Shown here piece after piece: positions 26,170 through 35,708 of a DNA stretch of 35,708 nucleotides. Positions within the stretch are counted from its first letter, which is position 1. Each line of letters begins with the position of its first letter. A program made the translations under genes and the position numbers. The notes under the pieces are model-generated. The model was not told where the DNA came from, made no database searches, and worked only from the letters and a program-made list of their open reading frames with translations. This DNA comes from a virus (taxonomy: Duplodnaviria > Caudoviricetes), in the IMG/VR virus record IMGVR_UViG_3300042348_000335, positions 1 through 35,708 of that record. The stretch is one strand, 5' to 3'.

Positions 26170-29072
26170 TGGCAGTAACTGGGCAGTTTGGAAAGGTCAT
26201 TACTGGTAGTGGATCTGTAGCATCCGCGATTAGCGGCATTGCGTCTAACTACATTACCCTACGCCTTAACCGAATCTACGATGCGTTTATCAATAAGGAA
26301 TCCTTTGAGGGTCGCGAAGTAACGGCTGCCGTTGCCATTGAACTACTGAACAAGTTGATGGCAACAACGTCAAAGGGTGGCAAGTCGGAGTCTGATGTAC
26401 AAGAGACTCTTAGGGCTGTGCGTAAGGCAAGCCGAACACGAACGCTCAACGAGATTGACGGAAAACTAAAGGAGGAGGGCGCTACTGGAGACTACGCTAA
26501 CAAGGTGCGAGTTATCCGAGAGATGCTTCTTGACCCCACGCTAAACCCAGATGACATTTCGGATCTGAAGGATGAACTAACCGACGCAGTAGATGACTTG
26601 CTCACAAACGCTCAGAACCAGTTCTCGTCTGGCGGAAAGATCAAGATCAACGGTCGCACTATTGACTTTGCCAATGGCGCAAATGAATCCGAACTTATGG
26701 CGCTGTTTGATGATGCGATTGAAGAAGACCCAGCATCCGCAGAAAAGTTGAGCAAGCAGCGCGTTACCGCTCAGGCATCTGTGCTTGTAGCAAAGGCAAA
26801 TGCCGCGTGGCTGTCAAAGACCCGAACCACGGACTCCGAGAAGAACGCGGGCTATACCGAGCAGTTGAAGTACTTGCGCGAGGCGTATACGCTGCTCAAT
26901 ACCTCCAAGTATGGTCTCACGACAGAGGCGCAGAACGTGCTTACCAGCATCCGTAATATTGAGGAGAATCAGGCTACTGCCAAGAAGAACATCGGCGGGA
27001 CTGCTGCAACAACTAGGATGAACTCAGGGTACGACAATATCTTTGGCGACCTAGATGCGATTGATGCCGCGCTGAAGAAAGACCCAACAATTGCTGCAAT
27101 GTTTGGCGACAAGACTACCTTTGCTACGTATCTTAGCGGAGATCAGAACTATGCTCTACAGATTCTTGATGCTTATATTGCTGGAAACGGCAACAGCGTT
27201 ACGCGAGAAGACGGCTCAAGGATTAACCTAACAATTGAGAATATCTCTGACATTATGAAGGATGCGCGGGCTGGAGCCGCTGCGCTCTATAAGTGGTCAA
27301 AGAATAACCCTAACCTTAGCGAGAGTGCCAAGGAGACGATTAAGTCATGGGATACCTACTCAACAGCACTTGGCAAGGCTGCACCAATTCTTACAACTGA
27401 AGACAAGTACGATGACGCAGTAGATGACCTAAGCAAGGCAATGGATGCTGCTGGTGCTGACATTGGTGCGCGTGCTGCAGCACTCCGTGCGTTTGGTAAG
27501 ACGCTTAACACGCTTGCCGCCGCTGCTGGCTTGCCTGCTGGTGTCGCCGCCGCCCTGCGCGCTGAAGCAAACGTCTACACAACTGGTAAGCGACCTGGCG
27601 CAAACGTCACACTCTACGGAGACTACAGCGGAAACCTCAGCGTCCGCAATGGCGTAAGCGGAATTTACAACCTTGAAGAAATCCTTGGCGGAGTTATTCT
27701 TCCGCAGTCTGGCGATAGCCAAATCTCTATCTATAGCGCCATCACCACAATCTTTGGTCAAGAGGCAGACTGGACTGCTGGCAATGGCACAATCAATACA
27801 GACATTGACGGTAACGACACTCCAGGTACTGCAGGTCAAGATACCGCTGCATGGGAAAAGGGTCAGGGAATTATTCTCAAGACTATTGGGACAGTTACAC
27901 TTGAGGGCGGGACTAAACTCAATACCTTTGTTGATCAAAATCTACAGCGTATCCGCCTTGTCAGTGCTGGTCTCCAGTCTGATCCAGATAATGTTGGCAA
28001 CTTTACTGAGGGCTGGGTAACTCGTGTTAAGGACAAGAATGGCGCATGGCAGTACATCGTTACTACCTACGATAAGACTACTAAGGTAGAACGATTGCTC
28101 AAGGGTGATGCCGCAAATGCTTTCGTTCGGAATCACCTTAATGGTGGTAATTGGAATGCGCTTATTCAGAACATTGGCGATAATGCAGTCATTACTCTTG
28201 GGAGTCGGGCGCTTGACGGATATGAGGGACCAAGCGGTAGGGTTAATGGTCTAAAGAGTTCTGAGGTTGTTGGTGACGCAATTACCCCAACAAAACTTGT
28301 GGACGGAACGCTTTGGGGAATGCTAACGGACGACAATCACGGCTATGGATGGGCGAAAGAGTACCAGTCGCTTGTTGATGAATCCATCCGACTTGCTGTT
28401 AAGAATGGGAAACTTGCTGTACGCGGTGGTCGTATTTACATCATCAACGGCAAGAAGATCGGTGGATCGCAAGGTGAGGCGCTTGTGGATCTTGACATTA
28501 CAGGCATGGTCTCTGAGGAAATGCGCCTTAAGATTATTGAGATTGCACCAACCGTTGACACAACTCCTGGGGAGCGTGAGGGGGACGGTGGCGCAGCACA
28601 GACTAGCGGAGATACTGGCGCAGAAAACCGACCAGTAGGCAAAGACCGATGGGCTGGCACGCAGTGGGCTGGACAAGAGGGCAGCACTGTCATTAGCAAG
28701 ACCGCGAGCGGCAAGGACCTAACTCTGGACGAGGCGTTCTCTAGCGGAACTGGATATATGTGGGACAATGCCCCAAAGAAGACTGGTGGCGGTGGCGGCG
28801 GAATCCCAATGGTGAAGCCAAAACTTGATCCACGTATTCAGGCTGAGTATGATCGGCTTCGTGCACAAGGCGTAAAGAGCGCAGGAATGAGGAACGTTGT
28901 GACTGGCAAGACTACGACGCAGTTGATGGATGAAGGTCAGCGAATTCTGACCACTGCATTCCGAAACCTACCAGCAGGAAATGGCACTGGTAAGGGTTCT
29001 ACCCCAGCAACTGGTACTAGGGCTGTCGCTGGAACGAGGTTTGCCCCAATTCAGCGCAATAAGGCGTTCTAA
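26169..29072 (+). CDS. Large probable internal virion (ejection) protein
   Basis: 967 aa, Ala/Gly/Thr-rich, helical N-half, no Cys seen; located in the head module. Confidence 0.5.
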   Translation: MAVTGQFGKVITGSGSVASAISGIASNYITLRLNRIYDAFINKESFEGREVTAAVAIELLNKLMATTSKGGKSESDVQETLRAVRKASRTRTLNEIDGKLKEEGATGDYANKVRVIREMLLDPTLNPDDISDLKDELTDAVDDLLTNAQNQFSSGGKIKINGRTIDFANGANESELMALFDDAIEEDPASAEKLSKQRVTAQASVLVAKANAAWLSKTRTTDSEKNAGYTEQLKYLREAYTLLNTSKYGLTTEAQNVLTSIRNIEENQATAKKNIGGTAATTRMNSGYDNIFGDLDAIDAALKKDPTIAAMFGDKTTFATYLSGDQNYALQILDAYIAGNGNSVTREDGSRINLTIENISDIMKDARAGAAALYKWSKNNPNLSESAKETIKSWDTYSTALGKAAPILTTEDKYDDAVDDLSKAMDAAGADIGARAAALRAFGKTLNTLAAAAGLPAGVAAALRAEANVYTTGKRPGANVTLYGDYSGNLSVRNGVSGIYNLEEILGGVILPQSGDSQISIYSAITTIFGQEADWTAGNGTINTDIDGNDTPGTAGQDTAAWEKGQGIILKTIGTVTLEGGTKLNTFVDQNLQRIRLVSAGLQSDPDNVGNFTEGWVTRVKDKNGAWQYIVTTYDKTTKVERLLKGDAANAFVRNHLNGGNWNALIQNIGDNAVITLGSRALDGYEGPSGRVNGLKSSEVVGDAITPTKLVDGTLWGMLTDDNHGYGWAKEYQSLVDESIRLAVKNGKLAVRGGRIYIINGKKIGGSQGEALVDLDITGMVSEEMRLKIIEIAPTVDTTPGEREGDGGAAQTSGDTGAENRPVGKDRWAGTQWAGQEGSTVISKTASGKDLTLDEAFSSGTGYMWDNAPKKTGGGGGGIPMVKPKLDPRIQAEYDRLRAQGVKSAGMRNVVTGKTTTQLMDEGQRILTTAFRNLPAGNGTGKGSTPATGTRAVAGTRFAPIQRNKAF

Positions 29073-32000
29073 TGGTTCGCCTTGTAAGTGGCGACAATAG
29101 TCTTCCTCCTGTATCTGGTCCTGGGCTTAGTTCTCCCGACAATACCAGCGGTACAGGGCTAGATCGCGTTGGCGTTGTTGGGCTAGACCTTCTTGGCGGC
29201 GGCGCTGGTGTTGCTGGCGGTGCAGTCAAGAATACAATCGGTCTGCTCGGGGAAGTTGTTAATACGCCGTTTGAGGTTGTTAGCGGTGAGGTCGCCCAGA
29301 ACCGTCTTGCCTCGCAACTTGCTGGCAACAAAATGGGAATTTCGCAGCGGTACATTGATATGGTCAAGATTGATGGAATGAGCATCAGCGATGTTGCTGA
29401 CCAAATGGCAAACGATGGAGTTGGTATCTCCAACAACATTGCCCATGAACTAATGCTATCAGTCTTCATGGATCCGTTTAACCTTATCGCGGCTGGCGCT
29501 GGTAAGGGATTTGACGTTGGTAAGCGCAGCGCGGACATCCAAGAGAAGATCAGCAATACGACAGTTGATTCTGTTGCTTCTTCCGCTGTTCGGTATGGAG
29601 CAACCGAAGATGAGGTTCGGTGGCTAAAGGGTCCTGGTCGTGAACTCCTTGGGAAGATGTACTCCAAGACTGCGCGCGGGCTGGGCGGCGTTAAGCGAGG
29701 TGTAGCAACTGCGATGCTTGGACGTGGCGCTGGTATTGCCGCGACTATTGTTGGCGTTAAGTTCCTCGCAAACGCAATTGACATTGCCAAGAACTATGGA
29801 AAGTCTCAGGAAATCTTGGATGCCGTTGCAGTCGGAACGAATCACGTTACCCTAGGCGCTGCCGCCGATGTTGTCACAAACCGAGTATTTGGTCAGAGCC
29901 GCGCATCCATTATGGAGAAGGCAAAGATCATTGACGAGTCCAAGGGAGTTGACGATACCGAGGCGTTTGATCGCTTCCTCCGAATCTCTGTAGGCAGTCC
30001 AGAATCTGCTGGTGATAGCCTTGACTTTGTTCGTACCGAGTGGGAAACGCTCCATCGCGTTGCTGACGAGGCTGGGTCAAACCGCAGACAAGCCGTAACC
30101 CAAAACCTCTTTGACCGTAACGTTGCTGGAGAGATTAACGAGCAGGTCGGTAAGACTGGAGTACTATCCATTCTTGAAGCAGAGCGCACGCTTGACGAAG
30201 TTGCAATTGCCCGTCGCGTTGAAGACCAGAAGGCAGTTGCCGTAGACGAGGCAATGTTCCTCCTGTCTGGCGCATCAGACGATGCTGGTCGTATTGCTCT
30301 TGCTCGCGCCGAGTTTGTTCAGAACATTGGACCGATCATTGGGATGGGCGCTGCCGAAGAGATCTGGAACGCAACTCTCAAGACAATGGATCTTGGAAAG
30401 CAGTCAACACTCCGAGCACTTGGCGAAGCAATCTACGCCTCTGAGGTAATGCGACTTGGGTTTGTCGCAAAGGCGTTTGGCGCTGCCAAGAAGAGCCTTG
30501 TGAGTAAACTCGCAAATTCAGAACTGCTCGGGCGATTGCCAGCGGCTACCCGTGCCATGGTACAGGATTCGGAACGCTGGACAATCGTTGCCCGCGACAC
30601 AATGACAAACCTAGATCACAAGAAGACCATTGATGTACTTGCTGGAGAAGGTGATGCGGTAGCAAAGGGTAAGGCTGCCCTCTATGCAGTCAAGCGGTTT
30701 AGCATTCTCCGAAACCAGTATGAGGCAAAGGCGTTTGCAAAACTTGTAGAGGCTGACCCACAGAAGGCAGTAGATATGCTGCTGGATACACTTCGCCAGT
30801 ACGGTGATGACGCATTCCTTAAGGAAGTTCCTATTACGGAGTTCAAGGGCGTTGACGACGTGCTCCCAGAGATTGCAGACATGGCTCGCGCCGCAGAGCG
30901 TGGCGAGTACCGAATTGCGTACGAGCCAAAGACTGCCGCCTCTATCCCCAATCGCGTGTACCAAAATGCTGCGACTAAGGATGTTGCACGCTTTGGTGTA
31001 GATCTTTGGGTTCCGATCACGGATAACGCTATTGATGTAACAATCGGAAACCGAAACCTGTTCGGTCAGGCTCTTGACATTCTTGCCAAAGAGCGCCGTA
31101 CGATCACCGTGATCTCTAATACCCTGACCCGAATGCAGGAGTATGTTGTGGCAAAGAACGTTCCGCTTTCGCGAAACCAAGTCCGTCGCCTACATACGAA
31201 ACTTACAGATAGGGGCTACGAGATGAAGGGATCCATCCGAACAGCAACTGACGAAGTGTTGAGTGCGAACACTAATACGATCATTGATGACCTTATTGAA
31301 GAAGCACGACAGGTAAATGTAGACGACGCAAACCGATTGCGCCAGATGAAGCAGAGCGGAGAACTGCGAAGCATGATCTTCGTTGCCGCCGCTGGCGATC
31401 TGCAGAACGTTGGGCTAACCACTTACATTACTGGGCGGATCAAGGCTGCCGCCCGATCAGAGATGGTCAGCAAGATCCCAGACCTTTACTACCCAGCCCT
31501 AAAGTTCCAACTCAGTCCGATCTTCGGTATCCAAGAAGTTGTTGAGTCTAAGTACTGGAACGCTATTCGCGGCTACGGTAGCGAGATGTCGCTCGGCAAC
31601 GCGCTTAGAAAGGCTGGCATTGACTCCAAGGCGGCAGATGACATCCGACTTGGGACAAAGCGATTCTATGATGTAGAGATTGACGGCAAGGTTGAACGCC
31701 TAGATTCCGTAGACATTATCCGAAACCTCTATGTTTCTGAGCGCCAAGAACTTAAGTTCGCGCAAGAGATGAACGCAATCAACATGTATTATGCTGGCAA
31801 TACAACCGACGCAATCCTTCGCTTTGGATCAGAGAACGAGAGTTTTGCCAAGGGGCTAAAGGAAGCATTCTACGGACCACAGAACGCTGGTAAGTACAAG
31901 GCTCTGGACTGGTACAAGTTTGTTACGACAGAGTCGCTAGACGATATCTCTGGCGACCTTGCTCGTCGGTTTGAGGAAGTTGCCCCAGTACAGTGGGCGA

Positions 32001-33391
32001 CATGGTTGAAGATGGCTGGCGGTGACCGACGTGGCGCATCCTTGCTTATGATCCGAGAACGCCAAGCACTAATCCGTGGTCGCCAATCTGCTCGCGCCTA
32101 TCTTGAGGCGAGCAAGCCAATGGGCATGGGCTTTGGTCGCCAGTACGACGATGCCCCAGTTAAGAACCTGGACGCAACCGTTCGCGAACTTACTAAGCAG
32201 GCTCGCTCGTCAGATCCTAACGTGCGTAACAAGGCGCTAGACGATCTTGACAAGCGACTCTCCGTTATCCACGCAGAGGCTGCAACCATTGGATACAGCA
32301 TTGATTCGCTCAATCTCGTGGTTAAGGCAAAGGAGGCTGTTGATGCCGCGCGAACTGGTGGGCGACTTACTGTCAAGAATAAACTTACAAAGAAAGCAAC
32401 CGAGTCTGTCAATGCTGCGCTTGAATCCGTAGACGCTGCGCGCACAAGCCTGCGTGCTGAGTTTGAGGTTGCTGTAAAGCGCAAGCAGATTGTGCGAGAT
32501 ACACTTATGGCTGACGGCATTGCTAAGCCACTTGCAACGGAGATGGCTGCGCTGTTTGTTGTGGCGGAGAAGCGCGCTGAAATGGTTCCGCAGGTATCCA
32601 TTGCTATCAACAAGGCGCTCAAGGGTGAGCAGGTAAGCCCAGAGATTCTTGACAAACTCAAGGATCAACTTATCCAGATCCGTGGTGCTCGTGCCCCAGA
32701 GGAAACGCTCTGGAACGCCATCATCCACAGCATTGATGCCGCCGCCGCCAACGCCGACAGGACACACTTCTTCAACCCAGGTCGTAGTTTCCTTGAGCGT
32801 TCACTCAACCACCCTGTCTTCGCTCTGTACCCATCATCCTATATGTTCGGAAAGGTTTTGCCAGAGTATTCCCGTATGCTCTATCTCAGCCCAACCCGTG
32901 GTGTATCGGGGGTGATCCTTGCCCCTTGGATGGCAATCCTGCGAGCCATGGGCGGACAACGGTTTAGCCCAGAGAACTGGGGTAAGTACGCACCCCTTGT
33001 TGGGTTTAACGCGGCAATGAACATCCGCGAGGCAATGGTAGATAGCATGGGGACAGATCAGGATCTCTCCAAGAACCCGCTGGTCTACTTCTTTGCCAAT
33101 ACCCTGATCCCTGGTTTGCCAACAGAAATCTCTGTCTCTGCCAGCAAGCCAGTCCGTGGCGTGGTCAGCGACGTTATGGAAGGGAAGGTTCCTGACATCG
33201 GAACGTTAGGGTATAATATTGCTGAGCAAACGTCAAACATTGTTGGCGTTTCACGTGCTATTAAAGAAGGATTTAAGATTGCTGATTTCCTCGCTACGAA
33301 GAGTGCGGAGTCAGGCGGACCCATCCAATTGGCTGGGAACGCAATTGGAGATGCGGTTGAGTCCCTAGGGGATATCATCCGACCGAAGTAA
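29072..33391 (+). CDS. Very large probable internal virion (ejection) protein
   Basis: 1439 aa, Ala-rich helical; DPFNLI motif and the FLERSLNHPVFALYPSSY region are reminiscent of podoviral DNA-transfer proteins. Confidence 0.55.
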   Translation: MVRLVSGDNSLPPVSGPGLSSPDNTSGTGLDRVGVVGLDLLGGGAGVAGGAVKNTIGLLGEVVNTPFEVVSGEVAQNRLASQLAGNKMGISQRYIDMVKIDGMSISDVADQMANDGVGISNNIAHELMLSVFMDPFNLIAAGAGKGFDVGKRSADIQEKISNTTVDSVASSAVRYGATEDEVRWLKGPGRELLGKMYSKTARGLGGVKRGVATAMLGRGAGIAATIVGVKFLANAIDIAKNYGKSQEILDAVAVGTNHVTLGAAADVVTNRVFGQSRASIMEKAKIIDESKGVDDTEAFDRFLRISVGSPESAGDSLDFVRTEWETLHRVADEAGSNRRQAVTQNLFDRNVAGEINEQVGKTGVLSILEAERTLDEVAIARRVEDQKAVAVDEAMFLLSGASDDAGRIALARAEFVQNIGPIIGMGAAEEIWNATLKTMDLGKQSTLRALGEAIYASEVMRLGFVAKAFGAAKKSLVSKLANSELLGRLPAATRAMVQDSERWTIVARDTMTNLDHKKTIDVLAGEGDAVAKGKAALYAVKRFSILRNQYEAKAFAKLVEADPQKAVDMLLDTLRQYGDDAFLKEVPITEFKGVDDVLPEIADMARAAERGEYRIAYEPKTAASIPNRVYQNAATKDVARFGVDLWVPITDNAIDVTIGNRNLFGQALDILAKERRTITVISNTLTRMQEYVVAKNVPLSRNQVRRLHTKLTDRGYEMKGSIRTATDEVLSANTNTIIDDLIEEARQVNVDDANRLRQMKQSGELRSMIFVAAAGDLQNVGLTTYITGRIKAAARSEMVSKIPDLYYPALKFQLSPIFGIQEVVESKYWNAIRGYGSEMSLGNALRKAGIDSKAADDIRLGTKRFYDVEIDGKVERLDSVDIIRNLYVSERQELKFAQEMNAINMYYAGNTTDAILRFGSENESFAKGLKEAFYGPQNAGKYKALDWYKFVTTESLDDISGDLARRFEEVAPVQWATWLKMAGGDRRGASLLMIRERQALIRGRQSARAYLEASKPMGMGFGRQYDDAPVKNLDATVRELTKQARSSDPNVRNKALDDLDKRLSVIHAEAATIGYSIDSLNLVVKAKEAVDAARTGGRLTVKNKLTKKATESVNAALESVDAARTSLRAEFEVAVKRKQIVRDTLMADGIAKPLATEMAALFVVAEKRAEMVPQVSIAINKALKGEQVSPEILDKLKDQLIQIRGARAPEETLWNAIIHSIDAAAANADRTHFFNPGRSFLERSLNHPVFALYPSSYMFGKVLPEYSRMLYLSPTRGVSGVILAPWMAILRAMGGQRFSPENWGKYAPLVGFNAAMNIREAMVDSMGTDQDLSKNPLVYFFANTLIPGLPTEISVSASKPVRGVVSDVMEGKVPDIGTLGYNIAEQTSNIVGVSRAIKEGFKIADFLATKSAESGGPIQLAGNAIGDAVESLGDIIRPK
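33212..33217 (+). promoter_or_regulatory. Candidate -10 (TATAAT) for the scaffold-capsid transcript
   Basis: Perfect TATAAT in a locally AT-rich patch about 190 bp upstream of scaffold. Confidence 0.4.
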
Positions 33392-33406
33392 AAGGAGAAG
33401 TAACCA

Positions 33407-33973
33407 ATGGCTGAAGAAGTCGTAGCAACTACTGAGGAGTCGCAGAAGACTGCCCCTGCACAGGAGCCAGTTGAGTCTGCCACTAACGAGGTAGAAGATG
33501 TTGCCACTTGGAAGAAGCGGCTTGCGGGTAAGGATCAGGCGCTCACCGCAGCAAAGAAGGAACTGGAGTCGCTGAAGAGCGAAGCCGATAACCTTAAGCG
33601 GTGGAAAGCAGAGCAGGAGCACGCAAACATGTCCGAGTTTGAGAAGGCTCAGGCTAGGCTGGCGGCGCTGGAATCCGAGTTGAACCAGACAAAGGAGTAC
33701 GCTCGTCAGGAGCGCATTCGTTCGTCAGCCCCGAACTATGCTCAGTTCCTCGCTGATACCGCAGGACTTTCAGAGGAGGCTCGTGCAGTCGCCTTTGAGG
33801 GATACCTCGCGTCTATCAAGAAGGCACAGACCGAAGAGCGGGGTATCCCATCGGATGCTGTTGTAACGCCTAGTGCCAATACTCGCAAGGATGCAGCGAC
33901 CACTGGAAAGCGGTCTGTTGAAGACATCGTTGAAGAGTTGAAGAAACTAGGTAACCCGTTCTACGGGATGTAA
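33407..33973 (+). CDS. Capsid scaffolding protein
   Basis: Acidic N-terminus, coiled coil with MSEFEKAQ; immediately upstream of the capsid gene; AAGGAG RBS. Confidence 0.8.
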   Translation: MAEEVVATTEESQKTAPAQEPVESATNEVEDVATWKKRLAGKDQALTAAKKELESLKSEADNLKRWKAEQEHANMSEFEKAQARLAALESELNQTKEYARQERIRSSAPNYAQFLADTAGLSEEARAVAFEGYLASIKKAQTEERGIPSDAVVTPSANTRKDAATTGKRSVEDIVEELKKLGNPFYGM

Positions 33974-33991
33974 TTTCTAAGGAGTAATATT

Positions 33992-34936
33992 ATGGCTATT
34001 ACGAGCACGTCAACCACGAACTTTAGTTCGTTGGTTCAGGATCTCGTTCAGGCTAAGGCTGAGCAGGAACTTCGTTCACGACTTGTGCACGTCCTCCCTG
34101 ACCAGTTCGTTCCTGGGCGTTTCGTTAAGGGAACTAACCAGATTCGTTTCGCGCGTTACGCCGACCTCGGCGCGAACGCAACTGCACTCGGTGAGGGTAC
34201 GCCTCCTGTAGCGCAGGCGCTCACGATTTCAAGCGACGCCTTCACTGCAACGCAGTACGGTCAGACGCTTGCGATCACGGACCTTGCTCAGTTGGACTCG
34301 CCACATGACCTGATCGCAGTTGCCTCTGACCGCCTTGCGCGTCAGGCTGCTGAGACCATGGACGTTGTGGTCCGCGATGTCCTCGCCGCTGGTACGAACG
34401 TGATTTATGCTGGCGCAAATACCGCCCGCAACACGATTGCCCAGAGCGACAAGATCACTGGTGAACTCGTGAAGAAGGCTGTTGCCCGACTCAAGAGCGC
34501 CAATGTTCCTGCCTTCGCTGATGGCACGTACCGCTGCATCATCCACCCATATCAGGAGTACGATCTGATTTCAGATACGACTGCTAATGGCTGGCTTGAG
34601 GCGAACAAGTACGCCGACAACACCCCTCTTCTGACGGGTGAGATCGGTAAGTTCGCAGGTGTCCGCTTCGTCGTTTCGTCAAACGCCAAGGTGTTTGCGA
34701 ACGCTGGTGCTGGCGGCACTGTGGAAGTGTACTCGGCTCACTTCATGGGTCCAGACTCGTACACCGTTGGTGACTCCCAGACGCTTCAGGCGTACTTCAC
34801 TGCCCCAGGTGGTGACCACAGCGACCCGCTCGCTCAGTACGCAGTTGCTGGTTGGAAGATGCGCTTCGGTGCTAAGTTGCTTGACCTCGCTGGCGCGAAG
34901 TACCTGCGACTTGAGACTGGTGCAACTCTCGGCTGA
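33992..34936 (+). CDS. Major capsid protein (N4 gp56-like, HK97 fold)
   Basis: LGEGTPP, QYG, AAETMD, IIHP...DL, GEIGKFAGVRFV, DPLAQ...GWK. Confidence 0.92.
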   Translation: MAITSTSTTNFSSLVQDLVQAKAEQELRSRLVHVLPDQFVPGRFVKGTNQIRFARYADLGANATALGEGTPPVAQALTISSDAFTATQYGQTLAITDLAQLDSPHDLIAVASDRLARQAAETMDVVVRDVLAAGTNVIYAGANTARNTIAQSDKITGELVKKAVARLKSANVPAFADGTYRCIIHPYQEYDLISDTTANGWLEANKYADNTPLLTGEIGKFAGVRFVVSSNAKVFANAGAGGTVEVYSAHFMGPDSYTVGDSQTLQAYFTAPGGDHSDPLAQYAVAGWKMRFGAKLLDLAGAKYLRLETGATLG

Positions 34937-34951
34937 GAGTAACTAGGGAGT

Positions 34952-34977
34952 AGGGGGCTGCTGGCGGGCAGCCCCCT
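34952..34977 (+). terminator. GC-rich hairpin after the capsid gene (terminator/attenuator or stabiliser)
   Basis: AGGGGGCTGC / GCAGCCCCCT stem; no U-tract. Confidence 0.6.
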
Positions 34978-34996
34978 GCAACCGTAAGGAGAAGAT

Positions 34997-35683
34997 ATGG
35001 CAACTCGTGCAGATATAAGGACACAGATTCAGCGAGAACTCCGAGACCCGAACGGGAACTCGTGGAGTGACGATGAACTAAACGACCTGATCAACTCAGG
35101 GATTAACGCCGTATCCGATCTTTCCCCGCGTGAGATCCGCGAGGACATTACCTACACATTCCCGTATACGATTGCCCAAGGCGCGTTCGGGAAGATCAAA
35201 GAAGTAACCCCTGTTAACTCATTCTTTAATATCTTTAGGGTAGAGATCCTTGATAACAATAGTGCCCTGAAGGAAACGTTGCCTGCCAGCGTGAGCGAAG
35301 GATCGTCTACTGGCTGGGAGTGGTTCAATGGCAAGGTACTCCTGCCAGAGAACTACTGGTATCCATCAACCACGGTAGTCGTTGCGGGCAATCCCACAGA
35401 GCAGATCAAGGTGCGCATCTACGGCTATGGTCGCCATCCGTTCCTTACGAACGACGTTACCGCGACCACGCTAACAGAGCAGGAGCAGCAGGCAGTCCGC
35501 GTCTACGCTGTAGCCGAAGCCCTCTCCCGCCTGATGACCGACCGTGCCAACTTCCAACAGTGGCAGATTGCCTCTGGCTCTAATGACATTACGATTAGTG
35601 AACTCGCAGTACTGGCTAATGCTGCACGCCAGCGATGGTTTGGTGAGCGTGGTCGTCTGCGCAAGATGCGCAGGCTCGGATGA
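34997..35683 (+). CDS. Head-to-tail adaptor / tail tubular protein
   Basis: TRADIRTQIQRELRD...WSDDELNDLIN.G N-terminus typical of adaptors; follows the capsid gene. Confidence 0.7.
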   Translation: MATRADIRTQIQRELRDPNGNSWSDDELNDLINSGINAVSDLSPREIREDITYTFPYTIAQGAFGKIKEVTPVNSFFNIFRVEILDNNSALKETLPASVSEGSSTGWEWFNGKVLLPENYWYPSTTVVVAGNPTEQIKVRIYGYGRHPFLTNDVTATTLTEQEQQAVRVYAVAEALSRLMTDRANFQQWQIASGSNDITISELAVLANAARQRWFGERGRLRKMRRLG

Positions 35684-35708
35684 TTGACCTTAACTCTGCG
35701 ATCTCATT
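35680..35708 (+). CDS. Start of next gene (MIDLNSAIS...), 3'-truncated
   Basis: ATGA overlap with the adaptor stop; frame open to the window end. Confidence 0.5.

Noticed and set aside
29017-29790. 257-aa antisense ORF and other antisense ORFs across the large structural genes
   Set aside because: Ser/Pro/Thr-rich shadows of Ala/Gly-rich sense genes, with no independent support.
34934-34942. Stop-codon read-through extension of the capsid protein
   Set aside because: TGA is followed in frame by GAG TAA, so read-through would add only two residues; no slippery site seen.

Overview
The window is most of a tailed dsDNA phage (Caudoviricetes) genome, truncated at both ends. It has two divergent arms separated by a non-coding region at about 12850-13457. 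The minus-strand arm (12849 down to 1061) starts at a sigma70-like promoter. It runs through about 20 small, mostly acidic or Cys-rich early genes, then a replication/recombination module (DnaB helicase, Cas4-like exonuclease, ERF annealase, SSB-like protein, resolvase-like nuclease, HTH-fused 3'-5' exonuclease). An RlpA-like DPBB protein sits inside that module and an LL-H-type holin ends the arm. The plus-strand arm (13458 onward) encodes a glycine-zipper protein, several very basic proteins, a collagen tail fibre, a C39-like cysteine peptidase (probable endolysin), small and large terminase, portal, two very large probable internal virion proteins, scaffold, major capsid protein and an adaptor. 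I saw no integrase, DNA polymerase, primase, tRNA or CRISPR array. The most notable unexplained signals are: (i) an identical N-terminal peptide MVRLVS, with different codons, on two otherwise unrelated probable virion proteins; (ii) three Lys/Arg-rich proteins ending in a similar hydrophobic helix plus Lys tail; (iii) a tandem-hairpin RNA element in the early transcript; (iv) apparent complete absence of GGCC, CCGG, AGCT and TCGA; (v) lysis-related genes dispersed over four loci. All protein calls come from motif recognition by eye, not database searches.
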